Assembly: GCF_036365525.1 (NCBI RefSeq)
Contig: NC_090387.1
Location: 76,197,300-76,261,299 of the forward strand
Length of the DNA: 64,000 bases
From: Heterodontus francisci
Lineage: Eukaryota
Reading direction: 5' to 3'
The stretch's first letter is position 1. The number at the start of each line of letters is the position of its first letter. The position numbers and the translations under genes were made by a program. The notes beneath the pieces were generated by a model. The model had not been told where the DNA came from. It searched no databases and saw only the letters and a program-made list of their open reading frames with translations. Shown here in pieces: positions 62,003 to 64,000 of the stretch.

Positions 62003-62993
62003 ATAGTGCTACTTCACTCCTATTCATTTTGATTTGGGCTATGAGTCAGTCTGTCTCCAAAACCTTTTGTTAGTTCATTCATGTAGATAGGAGTCATAAT
62101 ATGCAATGGTGCTCCTTTAAATTTCAATTGGTTCTCCTCAGAGCTATTTCAGATGAGGTGAACACGTTTCATCCTCAACAGAGGTGCATATTTCTAGTAC
62201 AGGGAGAGTCACTTGGATAGGAACCGACATATTGCACCACGGACATTTGACAAAATTATTGACTCAGCAACGGACATGGGGGCAATTAATCTGTATATAA
62301 AGTGTATAGCCAACCTAATTCCATCAAAACACATTCCGATTTAAAACACATTTCTCCTTATAAATAAAGTAGCTAAGCATGCAAACATCAATGGAGAGCA
62401 GAACAACTGTATGAGCTAGTTAGCAAGCAAAACAGTATGCAATGCCAATGCGAATTACTTTTGTTAACAGAATAGAGTGAACTACACCATGTCACACGGT
62501 GGCAGATGCACCTTATCGGATGACCTCGGATGAATCTCTCAGGGACAAAATGAAATATGCTCACCAAAGCTAGTGACAAAATTAGATAAACACAATTACA
62601 AATAAAGAACACCCATTCAGTTCCTCTAATAAAGCAATTCCCTTAAATTCACATATATCTACATCAGTGCTGTATCTCTACAATAAAAAGTTCATCACAG
62701 ATAAAAGCTGCATTGAATTTACCAACTGTTGTATTTGAGTCAGCAGCATCCTGTTTTTGCCAATATCTCTCAGCAGAATTGTCATAGTTATATCGAAATA
62801 AAGTCTAGTAACTTTCAACATGTTACTGAGCTTGTATCCCAAGTGAAAGTAATGCGTGCCAGAGCATAGAAATCGAGACATTCCCCAAGTGACTTTAGCC
62901 ATTTTAAAATGAGTTTACATAACATAGGACTTTACACTTGTGTTTTAAAATAGCCTAGTTGCTAAGTTAAAACACAAGGTTAAAGGTTTCGAA

Positions 62994-64000
62994 CAGGGGT
63001 GTCCAACCTTTTTGCATGGGGGGCACATTATAATTTTGTCTTAAATAGGGTGCCGGTGAGATAAAGGAAAGATAAAGGCATTAAAAACTTATGTTACTAT
63101 TAATAAAAACAATAAAAAATGTGCATTATTATGAAGAAGATTTAAATGAGAAAACTAATTTATTGATTTACCTTCTTGTCACTATGTTGGACACACTTAT
63201 TTAGTGACATACCTGGGAGTTTTTTGCTTGCACAAGTAGTCAATGCCTGGCCGCACTCTCGTGTAGTGATGCGGAGTATTCCAGATATATGTCCATCCAC
63301 CAGGAATGATCTTGATTGCTCTCTCTCCCCCTCAGTCTGTCTGTCTATGTGTCTCTCTCTCCCACTCTGTGCCCCCTCTTTGTGTGCCCCCATCTGTGCT
63401 GTCCCCTGCTTTGTGTTGTCCTCCCCCAGGTTTCTCCCCCTCCGTGCTGTCCGCCCCGTGTTGTCCCCCCTCCTGTGTTGCTCCCCCCTCTCTGTGTTGC
63501 TACCCTCCCATGTTGATTCCCCCCCCCCCCCACAACCCGCCATGTCGGATCCGTCCTCTCTGTTCCTCCCTCTCTCTTTCTGTCTCTCTCTGTCTCCCTC
63601 TCTGTGCCCCTGTCTCTGTGTCCCATCCTCTCGGTGTCCCCACTCTGTGCTGTTCCCCCCGTGTTCTCCTCCCTCTGTTGTCTCCTCCCCGCCATCTTGT
63701 CTGCCCACTGTGTTGTCCCCCCCTCAGGCATTGCACACTCCCCTCTCTGTGTTGCTTCCCTCCCGTGTCGTTCCCCACTTCCCCAAACCATGTCGAAGCA
63801 CTCTCTCTGTTCATCCCTTTCTCTCGCTGTCTCTCTCTGTCTCTCTCTGTCCCTCTTCTCACTCTCTGTTCCCTATCGCTCTTTCTCTGTCCCCCACTCG
63901 CTCTGTCCCCCTCTCTCTCTGTTTCCCCCTCTGTCCCCCTCTCTCTGTCTCCCACTCTCTCTCTCCTCATTCTTTCTCTTTACATTTTCTCTCTCTCTCT
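62994..64000. mobile_element. Second copy of the hAT-type MITE with expanded CT-rich low-complexity interior, running off the window
   Basis: CAGGGGTGTCCAACCTTTT terminus; 63060-63360 matches 32670-32960. Confidence 0.7.

Noticed and set aside
63160-63970. Long Gly/Arg/Glu-rich ORFs
   Set aside because: Translations of a low-complexity CT-rich tract inside a MITE

Overview
Vertebrate genomic DNA, almost certainly from a cartilaginous fish (shark-type CR1/HER1 LINEs, HE1-type V-SINEs, Deu-domain SINEs, Gmr1-like Gypsy elements). Most ORF-track calls are transposon debris; the real genes are spliced and had to be assembled by hand from GT-AG sites and intron phases. (1) Gene A, minus strand, 7 coding exons from 60693 to 29336, gives an intact 351-aa non-rearranging receptor: leader, V domain with germline-joined J-like GNGTGT, C1 domain, uncharged TM, and a SIRP-alpha-like tyrosine/ITIM tail. 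(2) Gene B, minus strand, about 16756 to 2209 or beyond, is a tandem paralog with the same V-C1-TM layout but an Arg at the start of the TM (activating-type). It is a pseudogene: a 6.7-kb Gypsy element splits its leader exon and its V exon has two frameshifts. (3) Between them, on the plus strand, lies an intron-containing two-exon fragment of NUDT21 (CFIm25) with non-conservative substitutions. Notable mobile DNA: a very young CR1 with perfect 217-bp 5' monomers fused to an endonuclease-less but RT-intact ORF2; Gmr1-order (integrase before RT) Gypsy elements, one with a tandem array of degenerate tRNA-Pro primer-binding sites; a solo LTR; hAT-type MITEs; and a ~0.85-kb segment duplicated between the two Ig genes. 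Gene models are manual predictions with no transcript or database support.
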